DNA of 63,725 nucleotides, filler included, from Reclinomonas americana ATCC 50394 (Eukaryota): NCBI GenBank assembly GCA_048213135.1. It is 17 parts of 17 records of this genome, joined end to end, with 100 filler letters (N's around TTAATTAATTAA, not from the genome) between each part and the next. Parts side by side here need not be neighbours in the genome. Positions count along the whole stretch, not along the records: positions 62,198 to 63,725 come from AFZH01017127.1; 16 more parts are not named here. One strand, 5' to 3'. Shown piece by piece: positions 62,492 to 63,725 of this stretch (position 1 is its first letter; each line of letters starts with the position of its first letter). The notes under the pieces were generated by a model. It saw only the letters and a program-made list of their open reading frames with translations, ran no database searches and was not told where the DNA came from. The position numbers and the translations under genes were made by a program.

Positions 62492-63562
62492 ATGTCATCC
62501 GCGCCAACCTCTGCGGCCGCTCCTCCCTCGTCGTCTGCGCAGTCGGCGAGTGCCGCTGGTGCCGCCTCTTCCTCCTCCTCTTCCTCCTCCTCCTCCTCCA
62601 CAGCAGCAGCAGCTGCAGCAGCCGCAGCAGCAGCAGCAGCAGCGGGTTCAGGCAGTGTTGCAGGCGTGTCATCCTCCTCCTCGTCGTCCCTGTCCGCGCT
62701 GGGCGCCTCGTCGCCACTACCACTGGAGTATGAGATGTTTGGTGTGGTGCATCGAGAGGATGTGGAGACGCTGTGCCGCCTGTTGCGCTGCGTCACGGGG
62801 TGTGTCGACAGCAGCAAGTTCCGCTTGCATGAGTGCTTGTATCGCATGGCTGATGGTGCGCTGCTCTCTCATTCTCTCTCTCTGTCTCTTGGGTTGGGCT
62901 CATTGTTGGGTTGCTGCAGCCGATGATACGTCCGTGGTGCGAGTGTATCGCAATGTGCTGGAGGACACGCAGCACTCGCAGCGACAGCAGCTGCAGCCGC
63001 AGCCGCAGTCGGCAGCCGATCCGACGGCGAAGGGTGTGGGCGAGTGGGCTGTGTGCTGCTACGAGCCGCAGGTGATGGAGTACATGTATTCGTCGAACAC
63101 GCCGCATGCGACGGTGCGACGAGTGGCGAAGAGCTATGCTTCTGGGACTCTCCAGCAGCATCTGCTGTTGATGCGGTACAAGTTGCAGCATGAGTATGTC
63201 AAGGAGGGATCGGTGTTTACGTCGGCCGAGGGCACGCACATTGCCGTGTACCGCGTCATGCAGGTGCGTGTGCAGCATGCATTTTCCCCTCTTTCATGCA
63301 TGGCTCACACGGCAAGCAGGTGGTGAACAGGGGGAAGCTCGACGAGCTGCAACCGGCCAGTGAGGATCACTTTGTTGTGCACTTGTCGCAGACCTTCCCC
63401 GACGACCACTCGCTGGCCAGTGCGCAGCCGGCCATGGCACAACTCGTCGACTCATTGAAACCGTTGCGTCTTGCCGGAGTTGTGTTATTTCCCCCGCCTC
63501 CTGCTGACAATGTGCGCCCGTGCAGCATCGTGCAACTAGAAGGCGAACGGCTGTACTCGTGA
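62492..63562 (+). CDS. MED18: Mediator of RNA polymerase II transcription subunit 18, 4 exons
   Basis: EYEMFGVV..LCRLLRCVTG..FRLHECLY, HATVRR, YKLQHEYVKEGSVF, IAVYRV, FVVHLS and LVDSLKP|IVQLE follow the MED18 motif order. Ser/Ala-rich N-terminal extension. Confidence 0.8.
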
Positions 63563-63626
63563 TGCCTCTAATATAAACAGCGATTTCATTCGGATTAGGA
63601 TTAGATTGTTGCAGTTGTTGTGTTTG

Positions 63627-63725
63627 TTATACGGGGCCCAAGCGGTCCTCCAGTGCATGGATGATCTTCATGTACTGGACGTCGCGATTGCTCAGGCCGT
63701 TGCGCAGCACTTGCGGAACTGTGTT
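63627..63725 (-). CDS. 3' end of an unidentified gene entering from outside the window
   Basis: Open frame NTVPQVLRNGLSNRDVQYMKIIHALEDRLGPV* with high GC3, convergent with MED18. Confidence 0.45.
   Translation of the reverse strand, partial: NTVPQVLRNGLSNRDVQYMKIIHALEDRLGPV

Overview
Intron-rich, microsatellite-rich eukaryotic scaffold, most likely a protist. It has 17 contigs joined by 16 artificial 100-nt N/TTAATTAATTAA spacers, and several genes run across spacers, so the order is scaffold order. Spliced genes built by hand: a W2-like gene tail, a type II glycosyltransferase-like gene, a PhyH-family dioxygenase, three tandem NLR-like genes (degenerate DZIP3/HEPN-like N-terminus + NB-ARC + TPR), a pectate_lyase_3-type beta-helix enzyme, a Cys-rich membrane protein interrupted by a TTAA-targeting MITE, two H-type-lectin-like paralogs, a TDP2-like EEP phosphodiesterase, selenoprotein O (CVT-UGA-SS plus a SECIS candidate), the first exon of a VPS13-like gene, and MED18. 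The main unexplained structure is about 15 minus-strand 43-57 aa microprotein ORFs scattered from 22.4 to 52.3 kb, starting right next to the NLR cluster. Most begin M-D/E, share a hydrophobic-x-[S/G/T]-D motif and have hypervariable tails. All family assignments come from motif recognition by eye; no searches were run.
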